Shown here: in pieces, positions 21,697-31,751 of the stretch
How the letters are laid out: each line of letters begins with the position of its first letter
Position numbering within the stretch: the stretch's first letter is position 1
Assembly (NCBI GenBank): GCA_038107835.1
Contig: JAYNHH010000009.1
Location: 9,190-73,189 of the forward strand
Length of the DNA stretch: 64,000 nucleotides
Source of the DNA: Alphaproteobacteria bacterium
Lineage (GTDB): Bacteria > Pseudomonadota > Alphaproteobacteria > Puniceispirillales > Puniceispirillaceae
Direction of reading: 5' to 3'
The notes under the pieces: generated by a model
The model's database searches: none
Told to the model about the DNA's origin: nothing
Seen by the model: the letters and a program-made list of their open reading frames with translations, nothing else
Program-made: the position numbers and the translations under genes

Positions 21697-23061
21697 TCAA
21701 AAGCTGTTGGCTGTGAAAATCCGGGAGACATCCTCTCCCCATTCACCTTGCAGCGCATCCAGCAACATCTCCGCTGGTGTTTTCTGGCTGTCCAGACAAT
21801 CCCTGAGAGGCGACAGGAACCCAGATTCATCACCACCACCACTGTCAAGAATGCCGCGTCGACGCAACCCCTTGCCCGAGATTGAGACCAGACGTGATGC
21901 CAGGTCGTAGACATCATGTTGGCCGAGCCTGCCTCTGAAACCATCTTTTGCCACAGACAGGCGGGCTGCCATCACGTCGTCTGCCCACAGGTCAGATGCA
22001 AGTGAAGCCGCTTCCTCAAGCGCCTCCTCATCATAGAGCAACCCCACCCAGAAAGCCGGAAGGGCGCAGATATTTGCCCACATACCGCTGTCAGCGCCGC
22101 GCATCTCAAGGAATTGTTTCAGCCTGACCTCGGGAAAGGCGGTGGTCATGTGATCCTCAAAATCCCCCATGGTTGGCACCTGCCCCTCGAAGCCCGCAAG
22201 TGTACCCGCCATGAAATCGCGGAAGGAATGTCCAGCGACATCAATATAATCCTCGCCGCGATGGACAAAATACATCGGCACATCTAGAATATAGTCAATC
22301 CACTGCTCATAGCCGAAAGTCTCATCAAACACACAGGCAGGAACCCCGCATCTGGCGGCGTCGGTATCTGTCCAGGCATGGGCGCGGGTCGACAGGAAGG
22401 GTGACACCTGTCCTTCCTTGAAAGGTGAATTGGCAAACAATGCGGTGGCAATCGGCTGTAGCGCGAGCGAGGTGCGGAATTTACGCCGCATGTCCACCTC
22501 GTCACCATAATCGAGATTGACCTGAACGGTGCAGGACCGCAACATCATGTCAAGCCCGAGAGAGCCCACCTTTGGCATGTGCGCACTCATGATCTTGTAT
22601 CGCCCCTTCGGCATGAAGGAGATATCCTCGCGGTGGGCGGTGGGATGATAGCCAACACCCAACATCCCAATGCAGAGGGGGTCTGCCACATTTCGCATGT
22701 GCCGCAAATGGCGTCCCGTCTCGGCGCAGGTCTGATGCAGATTGGCCAATGGTGCGCCAGACAGCTCAAGTTGGCCACCGGGTTCCAGCGTTACCGACCC
22801 CCCCTCGCCATCCTTCAGCCCTATGATTTTACCCTTTTCCAGGATCGGCGTGGCGGCTGAGCCAAGTTCGGCCAGCAAGTCACTGAGCAGCTGTGCCACC
22901 CCATCCGGCCCCTCATACCCAATCGGTTCCTGCGTATCGCAGCGATACAGGAATTTTTCATGCTCAGTGCCAATTTTCCAGTCGGATTTCGGCGTTTCGC
23001 CCGCCGCCACCCAGTCGATCATGGCCTGCTTGTCAGCGATCCGCATATTGTCGTCTGTCAT
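21697..23061 (-). CDS. gshA: Glutamate--cysteine ligase, plant/alphaproteobacterial type (GCS2)
   Basis: 454 aa. KIGTEHEKF, TLEPGGQLELSGAP and CTVQVNLD are motifs of the plant-type GCL family. Confidence 0.85.
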   Translation of the reverse strand: MTDDNMRIADKQAMIDWVAAGETPKSDWKIGTEHEKFLYRCDTQEPIGYEGPDGVAQLLSDLLAELGSAATPILEKGKIIGLKDGEGGSVTLEPGGQLELSGAPLANLHQTCAETGRHLRHMRNVADPLCIGMLGVGYHPTAHREDISFMPKGRYKIMSAHMPKVGSLGLDMMLRSCTVQVNLDYGDEVDMRRKFRTSLALQPIATALFANSPFKEGQVSPFLSTRAHAWTDTDAARCGVPACVFDETFGYEQWIDYILDVPMYFVHRGEDYIDVAGHSFRDFMAGTLAGFEGQVPTMGDFEDHMTTAFPEVRLKQFLEMRGADSGMWANICALPAFWVGLLYDEEALEEAASLASDLWADDVMAARLSVAKDGFRGRLGQHDVYDLASRLVSISGKGLRRRGILDSGGGDESGFLSPLRDCLDSQKTPAEMLLDALQGEWGEDVSRIFTANSF

Positions 23062-23146
23062 GAATGGAGTCCTAATGGAAGATCGGGTTGAACCGCAATG
23101 GTCGAGAGTACAGCAGACAGGCTATTAACAGAAAAAACAAATGATT

Positions 23147-23905
23147 TTACGTTATACCCGGCCAGTCACCATAGACTGACTGGAAGCATGTCAGCGCGGC
23201 TATTGCCGCAGTATCGGCCCGCAATATGCGCGGACCCAGTGAAACTTTCAAACAGTTTTCACGCCGGTCGAGGATGCGCCGCTCATTCTCGGAAAATCCA
23301 CCCTCAGGGCCAATCAGAATGGCCGCAGATTCCGGCTTGGGATGCGCCGCAAAAACAGAGACGGCATTGCGGTCGCCCCTTGTGGCGCTGGCCTCGTCGC
23401 ACCAGACCAACAATCTATCCTCCGGGACCGCGGCCAGAACATCGTTCAGGGGCACAAAATCACGAATTTCAGCAATATCAAGTCGCTCTGTCTGCTCGGC
23501 AGCTTCGATTGCGTTGGCTGTCAGACGGTCGTCATTCACCCGCGTCACCTGACAGAAATCTGTACGGGTCGGCCAGATCACACTTGCACCCATTTCTGAT
23601 GCCTTCTGCGCAATGAAATCCAGCCGGGCCTTTTTCACCGGGGCAAACAGAAGCCACAAATCGGGGCTGGCCTGCTGAGGGCGCGTTTGTGCAATCACAT
23701 CCAGCGAACAGCTACGCCTGCCGATGCTCTGTATCGCGGCACGCCACTCGCCATCAACACCATTGAAAAGCGCCACAATATCGCCCGTCACAAGCCGCAT
23801 CACGGATGCCAGATAATGCTGCTGGTTCCTGTTTGGAATGATGGACATTCCCATCGCCAGATTGTCGGGAACGTAAAGCCGGGCTTTAAAAGCAATCCTT
23901 GTCAT
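23147..23905 (-). CDS. rsmE: 16S rRNA (uracil1498-N3)-methyltransferase
   Basis: 252 aa. HYLASVMRL...GD N-terminal PUA-like region and C-terminal SPOUT knot IGPEGGFSENE...LGPRILRADTA. Confidence 0.85.
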   Translation of the reverse strand: MTRIAFKARLYVPDNLAMGMSIIPNRNQQHYLASVMRLVTGDIVALFNGVDGEWRAAIQSIGRRSCSLDVIAQTRPQQASPDLWLLFAPVKKARLDFIAQKASEMGASVIWPTRTDFCQVTRVNDDRLTANAIEAAEQTERLDIAEIRDFVPLNDVLAAVPEDRLLVWCDEASATRGDRNAVSVFAAHPKPESAAILIGPEGGFSENERRILDRRENCLKVSLGPRILRADTAAIAALTCFQSVYGDWPGIT

Positions 23906-24049
23906 AGCGCATGTTTACCCTGTCGGACCAGATTTTTCAATCCATCAGCCAGCCCCAGCCGCATAGCCAGAGGCGGCTTCAGAGGGCCGCATCATACCGC
24001 TGGGTCAGGGATATTGGACAGAGCTTCATGGCTGCGCTATCTCTTGCCA

Positions 24050-24982
24050 ATGACCAACGAGCAAACAGACAAAAGCACCAGGCATACTGACATCCGACTG
24101 ATTGGGTGGTGGCAGAAACTGCCGCGGGTTCTGCATCCCTATCTCTTTCTGGCGCGTTTCGACAGGCCGATTGGCTGGTGGCTGCTATTGCTGCCTGCCT
24201 GGTGGATCATTCCGCTCGCCGCCGAGAACAGCCGACAGATGGCACAGATGATGGTGCTGTTTTTGCTTGGCGCAATGACAATGCGGGGTGCCGGATGCGT
24301 CGTAAACGACATGTGGGATCGGCGCATCGATCTGCGCGTGGAGCGAACCAGTGGCCGACCACTCGCCGCGGGTACTGTGTCGTTGCTGCAGGCGTTGCTG
24401 TTTTTGGCAATTTTATGCCTGATTGGCCTGGGCATCCTCATGCAGCTGCCGCAGACAGCGATCATGGTCGGCATTGCATCGCTGCCTTTGATCATCGTCT
24501 ACCCGCTTGCCAAGCGCGTGACCTGGTGGCCACAGGCGGTTCTGGGACTGACCTTCTCCTGGGGTGTTCCGCTCGGCTGGGCGGCAGTGACCGATCAATG
24601 GCCAACCCCCGAGATTTGGCTGATTTACGCTGGCAGCGTTGCCTGGGTCTTTGGCTATGACACGATCTATGCAGTTCAGGATATGGCAGATGACAGGATT
24701 GCCGGGGTAAAATCATCGGCTCTTGGCCTCGGCGACCGTCTGAATTTAGGGGTGCGAATTGCCTTCTGTGTCGCCATTCTGCTGATTTCAGCAGGCATTC
24801 AAGCGCATCAAGGTCCGGGGGTCTGGATGCTCGGTGTCGTGCTGATGGCAATACATCTGTTGCGCCAGGCGCGAATGATAAACCCTGATGATCCACAAGG
24901 CGCGTTGACCCTGTTCAAATCCAACCGTAATGCAGGCCTGATCCTGACATTGTTTCTGATTGTCGACAGGCTGCTTGGCTGA
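24050..24982 (+). CDS. ubiA: 4-hydroxybenzoate polyprenyltransferase
   Basis: LARFDRPIGWWLLLLP and the Asp-rich motif VVNDMWDRRIDLRVERTSGRPLA. The ORF-track start 23687 overlaps rsmE on the other strand, so ATG 24050 is used. Confidence 0.88.
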   Translation: MTNEQTDKSTRHTDIRLIGWWQKLPRVLHPYLFLARFDRPIGWWLLLLPAWWIIPLAAENSRQMAQMMVLFLLGAMTMRGAGCVVNDMWDRRIDLRVERTSGRPLAAGTVSLLQALLFLAILCLIGLGILMQLPQTAIMVGIASLPLIIVYPLAKRVTWWPQAVLGLTFSWGVPLGWAAVTDQWPTPEIWLIYAGSVAWVFGYDTIYAVQDMADDRIAGVKSSALGLGDRLNLGVRIAFCVAILLISAGIQAHQGPGVWMLGVVLMAIHLLRQARMINPDDPQGALTLFKSNRNAGLILTLFLIVDRLLG

Positions 24983-24994
24983 CGCCGGGCAGAG

Positions 24995-25798
24995 CTAGAG
25001 GTAGGCCTCCAGATCATCGATCTGCATTTCGATAATCTGCCATGGTGCCTCTTCGGCGAACAGCATATGGGCTGACAATCGCTCAAGGATAAGACGGCGC
25101 TCCGCCCTGTCGGCCTGCATGTCAGCGAAGAAATGCTCCAGACTGCGGTGATCGTCATGGCCCGTGAGCTGGCGAACAAATTTGGCGGCCTCTGCCTGAC
25201 TCATAGTCTCGAAAATCCGGTTCTTTGCCGAAATCCGCGACAATCCTGCCGGCTGACCCGCCCCAATATCGAGAACGCCACCCCGCGCCGCATAGCCAAA
25301 GACAGGCTGATATCCGGAAATGATCTCACCGCCAGCAGCTGGTACGGGAAGATGTGTGACCGCCCCACCATTGAACCGGATATAATCGTAGGCAATACCG
25401 ACAGCCTCGGTCCGGTGCATGATTTCCAGCTGCGCCCCGTCAAGCCAGGCAACATTCAGCCGCACCTCGCACCCGGCAGCCGGAAAAGCGGTACACGGCA
25501 CCGCCCCGTAATAGCCGAGCTGCGCTGCATGAACGATGTCGCAATCATGCAGGACAGCGGGGGTAACGGGAATGATTGCGGCATCACCAAATTTGCGACG
25601 GAGCTGCACTGGTGCACGGTTTGATCCAACAGACAGAACCGCCGTTCTGTCATCGAGAATCGCGGCATCATCAAAGGCCCGAAGGCGGCCATTATCAAAA
25701 ATGAACGCCGTATCCGGCGCGTCATAGGGATAGTTGACCGCCCGATCAATTTCCGTCTGCGCAGGCAGATAAAAGGTTTCGTCAAGCCAATCTGACAT
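24995..25798 (-). CDS. Conserved hypothetical protein, possibly gamma-glutamylcyclotransferase-like fold
   Basis: 267 aa. VLSVGSNRAPVQLRRKFG resembles the GGCT/AIG2 YGSN-type N-terminal strand-loop. A downstream ...EIMHRTEAVGIAYDY could be the catalytic-Glu region. Its start shares 1 nt with the argC stop. Confidence 0.5.
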   Translation of the reverse strand: MSDWLDETFYLPAQTEIDRAVNYPYDAPDTAFIFDNGRLRAFDDAAILDDRTAVLSVGSNRAPVQLRRKFGDAAIIPVTPAVLHDCDIVHAAQLGYYGAVPCTAFPAAGCEVRLNVAWLDGAQLEIMHRTEAVGIAYDYIRFNGGAVTHLPVPAAGGEIISGYQPVFGYAARGGVLDIGAGQPAGLSRISAKNRIFETMSQAEAAKFVRQLTGHDDHRSLEHFFADMQADRAERRLILERLSAHMLFAEEAPWQIIEMQIDDLEAYL

Positions 25799-26754
25799 TA
25801 CACACCGGTGCTGAGGCCCATCATCTCATCAAGCCCAAGGGCGATGTTCATATTCTGCACCGCTGCACCTGACGCCCCCTTGCCGAGATTGTCAAGCCTG
25901 GCAAGCAGCCAGAACTGGCTGTTATCCTGATCTGCGAAAACAGATAATTCCATATGGTCTGAGTTTGCGAGGCCATCCGCCGCCAGCAGATTATCGGCAA
26001 GCAGGGTGTCATCATTGGCCCTCGCGGCTGCCATGCGCACCAGACCCGGACCGTCAAAATGAGCCGCAAGGCAATCATGCAGATCCTGACCGGTGACGGA
26101 TTTCGCCAGCTGCGCCCCGTGGAGCGGAACATTGACCAGCATGCCAGCATAGAAATCAGCAACGGCCGGCATGAAAATGGGCGCGGTGCTGAGGCCGGCA
26201 TAGGCCACCATTTCGGGAATGTGCTTATGCGCCAGCGTCACACCATAGCTGCCATGCGCCGGCAATGCGCCATCGGCCTGCCGCGCAATCATGCTATTGC
26301 CGCCACCGCTGAAACCGGACACTGCCGGCACGCTCAGCAACGCATCGCGCGGCAAGATACCAGCGTCAATCAGCGGACGGGTCAGGGCCAGAAATCCGGT
26401 TGGGTAACATCCCGGATTGCTGATCCGCGAGGCAGCGGCAATGGCATCACGCTGTCCGGCGATCAACTCAGGAAACCCATAAACCCAGTCGGCATGTGTT
26501 CTGTGCGCGGATGAAGCGTCGATCAGGCGCGCATTCGTCAGCGCCGCCATATCCGCAGCCTCACGCGCGGCGGCATCTGGCAGGCACAGAATCGTCAAAT
26601 CCGACGCTGCCATCATCTGCTGGCGGGCTGCGTTATCCTTGCGCTGCTCGTCATCCAGAGACCGCGCCGTGACACCCGGATGCAGCGCCAGCCTGTCAGC
26701 CACCTGCAATCCCGTTGTGCCGGCAGCACCGTCGATGAAAATGCTGTAAGTCAT
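25798..26754 (-). CDS. argC: N-acetyl-gamma-glutamyl-phosphate reductase (short type)
   Basis: IFIDGAAGTTGLQV Rossmann N-terminus and active-site ISNPGCYPTG. Start re-called to MTYSIFIDG. Confidence 0.9.
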   Translation of the reverse strand: MTYSIFIDGAAGTTGLQVADRLALHPGVTARSLDDEQRKDNAARQQMMAASDLTILCLPDAAAREAADMAALTNARLIDASSAHRTHADWVYGFPELIAGQRDAIAAASRISNPGCYPTGFLALTRPLIDAGILPRDALLSVPAVSGFSGGGNSMIARQADGALPAHGSYGVTLAHKHIPEMVAYAGLSTAPIFMPAVADFYAGMLVNVPLHGAQLAKSVTGQDLHDCLAAHFDGPGLVRMAAARANDDTLLADNLLAADGLANSDHMELSVFADQDNSQFWLLARLDNLGKGASGAAVQNMNIALGLDEMMGLSTGV

Positions 26755-26851
26755 GCGCAAAGTCATAAACGCATTGGATGGTTCATGCAAGGATGGCTAT
26801 AGTGTCGCGCTGGCGGTTGAAATGACCGGCCCTGTACAATATGTGAGATGC

Positions 26852-28192
26852 ATGATGACACGCACAGAACAATCCCTTATTTCCGAACTTCTTGACGCCG
26901 CAAAATCTGCGGGAGCTGATGGCGCCGATGCCATGCTTGCCCGCGGTGAGGGCACCTCGGTCGATCTCAGGCTTGGCAAAGTCGAGGCAAGCGAACGCTC
27001 AGAGGATTTTGACGCCGGCCTGCGGGTTTTTGTTGGCCAGCGCAACGCTTCCATTTCAACCAGCCAGCTCGACAGCGACAATATCAAATCGCTGGCACAG
27101 CGCGCAGTGGCGATGGCAAAAATTGCGCCCGACGACCCCTATGCACGCCTCGCCCACAGTACTGAGCTGGCCAAACAGCTTCCCGAGCTGGAAATGTATG
27201 ATGAACACGTTCCAACGGTTGATGATCTGACCGACATGGCACGCGCCGCCGAGGAGGCAGCCTTGTCGCATGAGGGCATCACCAATTCAGAAGGTGGGTC
27301 AGCCAGCCATGGCATTGCCAATATTCTGATCGCAACGAGCAACGGCTTTTCCGCTGACTACAAACGGTCATCGAACGGTGTCTCGGCGATGGTTATCGCT
27401 GAACAGAACGGCAATATGGAACGCGATTATGATTACAGCGCAGCAGTCTTTGCGGCCGACATGGATAGCCCGGACAAGGTTGGCAACAGTGCCGCCACCC
27501 GGACGCTGGCGCGTCTTGGTGCAATCAAACCGCCCACCGGGCAGTTTCCGGTGGTCTATGACAAGCGCGTGTCAGCCTCGCTCGTCGGCACCATGGCCGG
27601 TGCGATCAATGGCGCGTCCATCGCCCGTGGCACCAGTTTTCTAAAGGACCGTATGGGCGAACAGGTCGCAGCTTCCGGCCTGACATTCGTTGACGATCCG
27701 TTGCGCCCCCGGGGCATGGGATCACGCCTGTTCGATGGCGAGGGGCTCGCCGTAAAGCGCCGTGAGATGGTCAAGGATGGAGTGTTGCAGGGCTGGTTCC
27801 TTGATATTGCCTCGGCAACCAAACTCGGCCTCAGTTCAACCGGCAATGCCAGCCGCGGCCTTGGTGGACCGCCATCTCCCTCGACAAGCAATTTCTATCT
27901 GGAAAATGGTGACATTTCATTTGATGAGCTGCTCGCCGATATTGACGCCGGTTTTCTGGTAACCGAGATGATGGGCAGCTCGGTCGATATGATCACTGGT
28001 GATTACAGCCGCGGTGCCGCCGGCTTCTGGATTGAGAAGGGCAAAATCGCGCATCCAGTGGCTGAGGCGACCATCGCCGGCAATCTCAAAGACATGTTCA
28101 TGGCAATAACCCGGGCCAATGATATCGACATGCGCAAAAGCACCGCCGCCCCCTCTCTGCGTGTTGACGGCATGACGGTGGCAGGTTCATGA
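26852..28192 (+). CDS. pmbA: Metalloprotease PmbA (TldE)
   Basis: TldD/PmbA fold with C-terminal ...GDYSRGAAGFWIEKGKI..PV.EATIAGNL. Divergent from argC. Start re-called to MMTRTEQS. Confidence 0.88.
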   Translation: MMTRTEQSLISELLDAAKSAGADGADAMLARGEGTSVDLRLGKVEASERSEDFDAGLRVFVGQRNASISTSQLDSDNIKSLAQRAVAMAKIAPDDPYARLAHSTELAKQLPELEMYDEHVPTVDDLTDMARAAEEAALSHEGITNSEGGSASHGIANILIATSNGFSADYKRSSNGVSAMVIAEQNGNMERDYDYSAAVFAADMDSPDKVGNSAATRTLARLGAIKPPTGQFPVVYDKRVSASLVGTMAGAINGASIARGTSFLKDRMGEQVAASGLTFVDDPLRPRGMGSRLFDGEGLAVKRREMVKDGVLQGWFLDIASATKLGLSSTGNASRGLGGPPSPSTSNFYLENGDISFDELLADIDAGFLVTEMMGSSVDMITGDYSRGAAGFWIEKGKIAHPVAEATIAGNLKDMFMAITRANDIDMRKSTAAPSLRVDGMTVAGS

Positions 28193-28848
28193 GCTTTGTC
28201 GCACCGGCTGGCAGTCGTCGCGGTCTTGTCGACTGGACCGAACTGATTTTGAAGGATCACGGCTTCCTGAGGCTCTATTGGCACAATGAACATGAAATTG
28301 CTCCGGATATGTGGCGATGCAATCAACCAAGTCCGAGCCGTATCAGGAAGGCGGCTGACCGGGGCATCAGGACTATTATCAATCTGCGCGGCCCACGCGC
28401 CGATGGCGGCTGGAGGCTGGAGGCCGAAGCCTGTGACAGATATGGCCTTACACTGATGGATTTTACCGCTCGCTCGCGCGCCGCTCCGGACAAGCAGATG
28501 CTTCACGCCGCAAGGGCGTTGTTTGACGAGATCGAGCTACCGGCAATGATGCATTGCAAATCAGGCGCAGACCGTGCCGGATTGATGGCGGCGCTGTATC
28601 TGCTGATCGCTGAAAAGCGGCCAGCGCGGGAGGCAGCGAGGCAGCTTGCGTGGAAATATGGCCATGTCAAACAGGCAAAGACCGGGCTTTTGGATGCATT
28701 TTTTGCGGCCTATTTCCCCTATGAAGACCAGGGCATGGGATTTTTTGACTGGGTTGATGATGTTTATGACCCTGCCGCAATCACCCGTGAATTCAAGGCC
28801 AAGGGCTGGGCTGTTCGCCTGACTGACAGCATCCTTCACCGTGAGTGA
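28189..28848 (+). CDS. Cys-based protein tyrosine/dual-specificity phosphatase-like protein
   Basis: 219 aa with the CX5R P-loop HCKSGADRAG. Start overlaps the pmbA stop (ATGA). Confidence 0.7.
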   Translation: MSFVAPAGSRRGLVDWTELILKDHGFLRLYWHNEHEIAPDMWRCNQPSPSRIRKAADRGIRTIINLRGPRADGGWRLEAEACDRYGLTLMDFTARSRAAPDKQMLHAARALFDEIELPAMMHCKSGADRAGLMAALYLLIAEKRPAREAARQLAWKYGHVKQAKTGLLDAFFAAYFPYEDQGMGFFDWVDDVYDPAAITREFKAKGWAVRLTDSILHRE

Positions 28849-30654
28849 TCACTCACCACCAAAGAACTGAAGATTGCACAGACGCGCATAGAGGCCATTG
28901 GCCGCGGTCAGGCTGTCATGTGTGCCACGCTCAGTAATCTTACCATTCTCCATCACCAGAATTTGTGAGGCATCACGCACTGTCGCCAACCTATGTGCCA
29001 CCACCAGAGTGGTGCGGCCCTGTTGCAGGGCTGCCAAAGCGGTCTGCACCTGCTTTTCTGCATCCGCGTCAAGCGCTGCTGTCGCCTCATCAAGCAACAG
29101 AATGGGGGCGTCCTTGAGCATCGCTCTGGCAATCGAGATACGTTGGCGCTGGCCGCCGGACAGGCGATTACCCATCGCCCCAACCTCGGTGTCATATCCG
29201 TTTGGTAATTCGGCGATGAACTCATGCGCGGCGGCGGCCCTTGCAGCAGTCTCTATCTCAGTGCGGCTGGCACCCGGCCTGCCAAAGGCGATGTTCGCCG
29301 CTACGGTATCGTCAAAAAGAATGGCATCCTGTCCGACCAGCGCAATATTCCGGCGCAGGCTTTCTGTGGTGACAGTGCTGATATCCTGACCATCGATCAG
29401 GATGCTACCCTGCGTTGCGTCGAAAAATCGTGGCAGGAGATTGATGATCGTCGTCTTGCCAGCGCCGCTCGGTCCAACAAGCGCCACTGTCTGGCCTGCA
29501 CCTGCCTGAAAGTTGATGTCATCCAGAACCTTTGTGTCGTTGCCATAGCTGAAACCAACCCCGTCGAACATGATTTCACCCTCGCTGACCGCAAGCGCAG
29601 GAGCGCCATCTGGCGAGGTGATCTGTCGGGGAATGTCGAGAAGGGCGAGAATGCGCTCAGCTGCAGCAAGTGCTTCCTGTGTCACCGCGTTCAGCGTGCC
29701 AATGCCCCGAACCGGCTGGACCAGCAAGATCAAGGTCGTGATGAAGGCAATAACATCACCCACCTGCATGTCACCAGCGGCAACGCGCCAGCTGGCAAGG
29801 GCGACGACACCGCCAACCGCAACGCCGCCAACCACCTCGAGGATGGGATCAATTTTCGCCCGCCCGGTCAAAAGCCCGACAAGGCGCTGGTAAAGGCCGT
29901 CAAAGGCACCCTCTGTGCGTTTGATTTCACCGGCTTCCATCTGATAGGCCTTGACCATGCGTGCGCCCTGCAGGGTCTCGGCAAGTAGCGAGGTCACGCC
30001 CTCCATATGTGACTGCAGATTGCCGGAGGCTTTGCGCTGGCGATTGCCGATGCGAATAATCGGCTGCATGGCCAGCGGATAGACCGCCATAACGACAAGA
30101 GTCATCAGCCAATCCAGCCAGAGCATCGCACCGATCAGCACTATCACCGTCAGAATGTCACGAACAAGATTGTTCGCCAGCCTGACAAATGCCTCACGCA
30201 CCAGATTGAGATCATTCATGATCCGTGACATGAAAGCGCCAGCCGGTTCGCGCGTAACCACCGCAAGATCAGCCTCGATCAGGCTCTTTGCCATGTCTTT
30301 TTGCAGATCTGTCGTCACCCGTAGCGCCAGCGCGTTGACCTGAACCGTCTGCATGAACAGGGCAACACCCTTAACGAGGGCAAGGATGATGATTGCCGGC
30401 GGTGCCAGCCAGATGACCTCAGCCGCCCTGCCATCGGCAAGCGCATTGAAAATATATCGGGTCAGCAATGGATAGGCAGATGCGGTGCCGGCAACAATGG
30501 CCATCAATAGAAACGCCCAGATCAACCGGGCAAGGTAAAGCCTGATCCAGCCATCCCAGATGCGCCGCATGATCACTCTGGACCTGTTGCTGGCGGGTTG
30601 CTGCTGCGTCTTTTCTGGCTTCGCTGTCTGCATCTCGACTTTCTGTTCACTCAC
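28849..30654 (-). CDS. msbA: ABC exporter, fused permease/ATPase (MsbA-like lipid A flippase candidate)
   Basis: 601 aa with six N-terminal TM helices. Walker A GPSGAGKTT, signature LSGGQRQRISIARA, Walker B ILLLDEATAALD. Adjacent to LPS core and lipid A genes. Confidence 0.72.
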   Translation of the reverse strand: MSEQKVEMQTAKPEKTQQQPASNRSRVIMRRIWDGWIRLYLARLIWAFLLMAIVAGTASAYPLLTRYIFNALADGRAAEVIWLAPPAIIILALVKGVALFMQTVQVNALALRVTTDLQKDMAKSLIEADLAVVTREPAGAFMSRIMNDLNLVREAFVRLANNLVRDILTVIVLIGAMLWLDWLMTLVVMAVYPLAMQPIIRIGNRQRKASGNLQSHMEGVTSLLAETLQGARMVKAYQMEAGEIKRTEGAFDGLYQRLVGLLTGRAKIDPILEVVGGVAVGGVVALASWRVAAGDMQVGDVIAFITTLILLVQPVRGIGTLNAVTQEALAAAERILALLDIPRQITSPDGAPALAVSEGEIMFDGVGFSYGNDTKVLDDINFQAGAGQTVALVGPSGAGKTTIINLLPRFFDATQGSILIDGQDISTVTTESLRRNIALVGQDAILFDDTVAANIAFGRPGASRTEIETAARAAAAHEFIAELPNGYDTEVGAMGNRLSGGQRQRISIARAMLKDAPILLLDEATAALDADAEKQVQTALAALQQGRTTLVVAHRLATVRDASQILVMENGKITERGTHDSLTAANGLYARLCNLQFFGGE

Positions 30655-31751
30655 CGGGCAGCCACCTGTGCTGGTACGACTCCATGGTGATGCAATTCGG
30701 TGCAGACTGCATCAAAAACAAGATCCGGCGCAATTGTCTTGATCGCCCCTGGCTTGCCAACCTGATCGCTGGACACTGCAACCGATTTGATTTTTGGATT
30801 GTAAATCAGCGGGAGGGTTTGCGCAAAGAGACCAATGGCAGGTCGCCCACAGGCCGCCGCGATGTTGAGCAGGCTGGTATCATTGCCGACATAAAGAAGG
30901 GCGCGTTCGAGCAGGGCAATGGATTGATCAAGGGGGCGGGTGCATATGATAACCCGGCTTGCATCCGACAGCTGTGCAATCACTGCCTCGATCAGCGGCA
31001 ATTCTGCATTCGCACCCATGAGACCAAAATGAAGGTGCGGGAACCGGGCGCTGATCTTCTCGATCAGCCGGGCAAAATGTGTGGGTGGCCATTGCCTGTC
31101 CACATGCATCGCGCCAACCCCAAGGATCAGCATATGCTCTGTCTTGCCAACCCCTGCCTCAGCAATGAATGTGTCGGCAGCATCACATGCGCTGGCGGTC
31201 GCCGCGATCGTCCAGTTGGTTTGTGGGGGTGAAAACCCGTTTAGCGTGGCAAACTCGGCCATTTTCGCGGTCGGATGCTGGGTGCGCGCCGCCCTGTCGA
31301 GAAACCGGCCGGCATTCAGCCACCGCGCGCTGCCGCCGATGCCATACCCCCATCGCTGCGCAATGCCGGCAAGCCAGCTGGCAAACCCATAGCGCGCGCT
31401 GTGATGCAGGATCAGGGCTTTGTCCGCCTTTACCGATCGTATATCCGTGGCAAGGCGCAGGAGACCGGAAATACCGTCATGCCTGCCCCGCTTCCCCCGA
31501 AGCGAGCGCTCAATCAACAGGATATCGGCAATGTGCGGTGTGCAGGCAAACAGATGCTGGGCATGCACTGTCGGTTTTGTGGCAAGAATGATGTCATACT
31601 CACGCGCGAGATGGTCAATCCATGGTTTGTGCCAAACCATGTCGCCAATGCCGACAAGCGGTTGAACCACCAGCAAACGAGGCCTTCGTGAGACGCCCTT
31701 TTCGATGATCTGGTGTGCTGGCAACAATTGGCCTGGGTCTGTATCAGACAT
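30651..31751 (-). CDS. Glycosyltransferase family 9 (heptosyltransferase-like)
   Basis: LLVVQPLVGIGDMVWHKP start typical of GT9, and C-terminal ...YVGNDTSLLNIAAACGRPAIGLF. Start re-called to MSDTDPG. Stop overlaps the msbA-like start. Confidence 0.75.
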   Translation of the reverse strand: MSDTDPGQLLPAHQIIEKGVSRRPRLLVVQPLVGIGDMVWHKPWIDHLAREYDIILATKPTVHAQHLFACTPHIADILLIERSLRGKRGRHDGISGLLRLATDIRSVKADKALILHHSARYGFASWLAGIAQRWGYGIGGSARWLNAGRFLDRAARTQHPTAKMAEFATLNGFSPPQTNWTIAATASACDAADTFIAEAGVGKTEHMLILGVGAMHVDRQWPPTHFARLIEKISARFPHLHFGLMGANAELPLIEAVIAQLSDASRVIICTRPLDQSIALLERALLYVGNDTSLLNIAAACGRPAIGLFAQTLPLIYNPKIKSVAVSSDQVGKPGAIKTIAPDLVFDAVCTELHHHGVVPAQVAAR

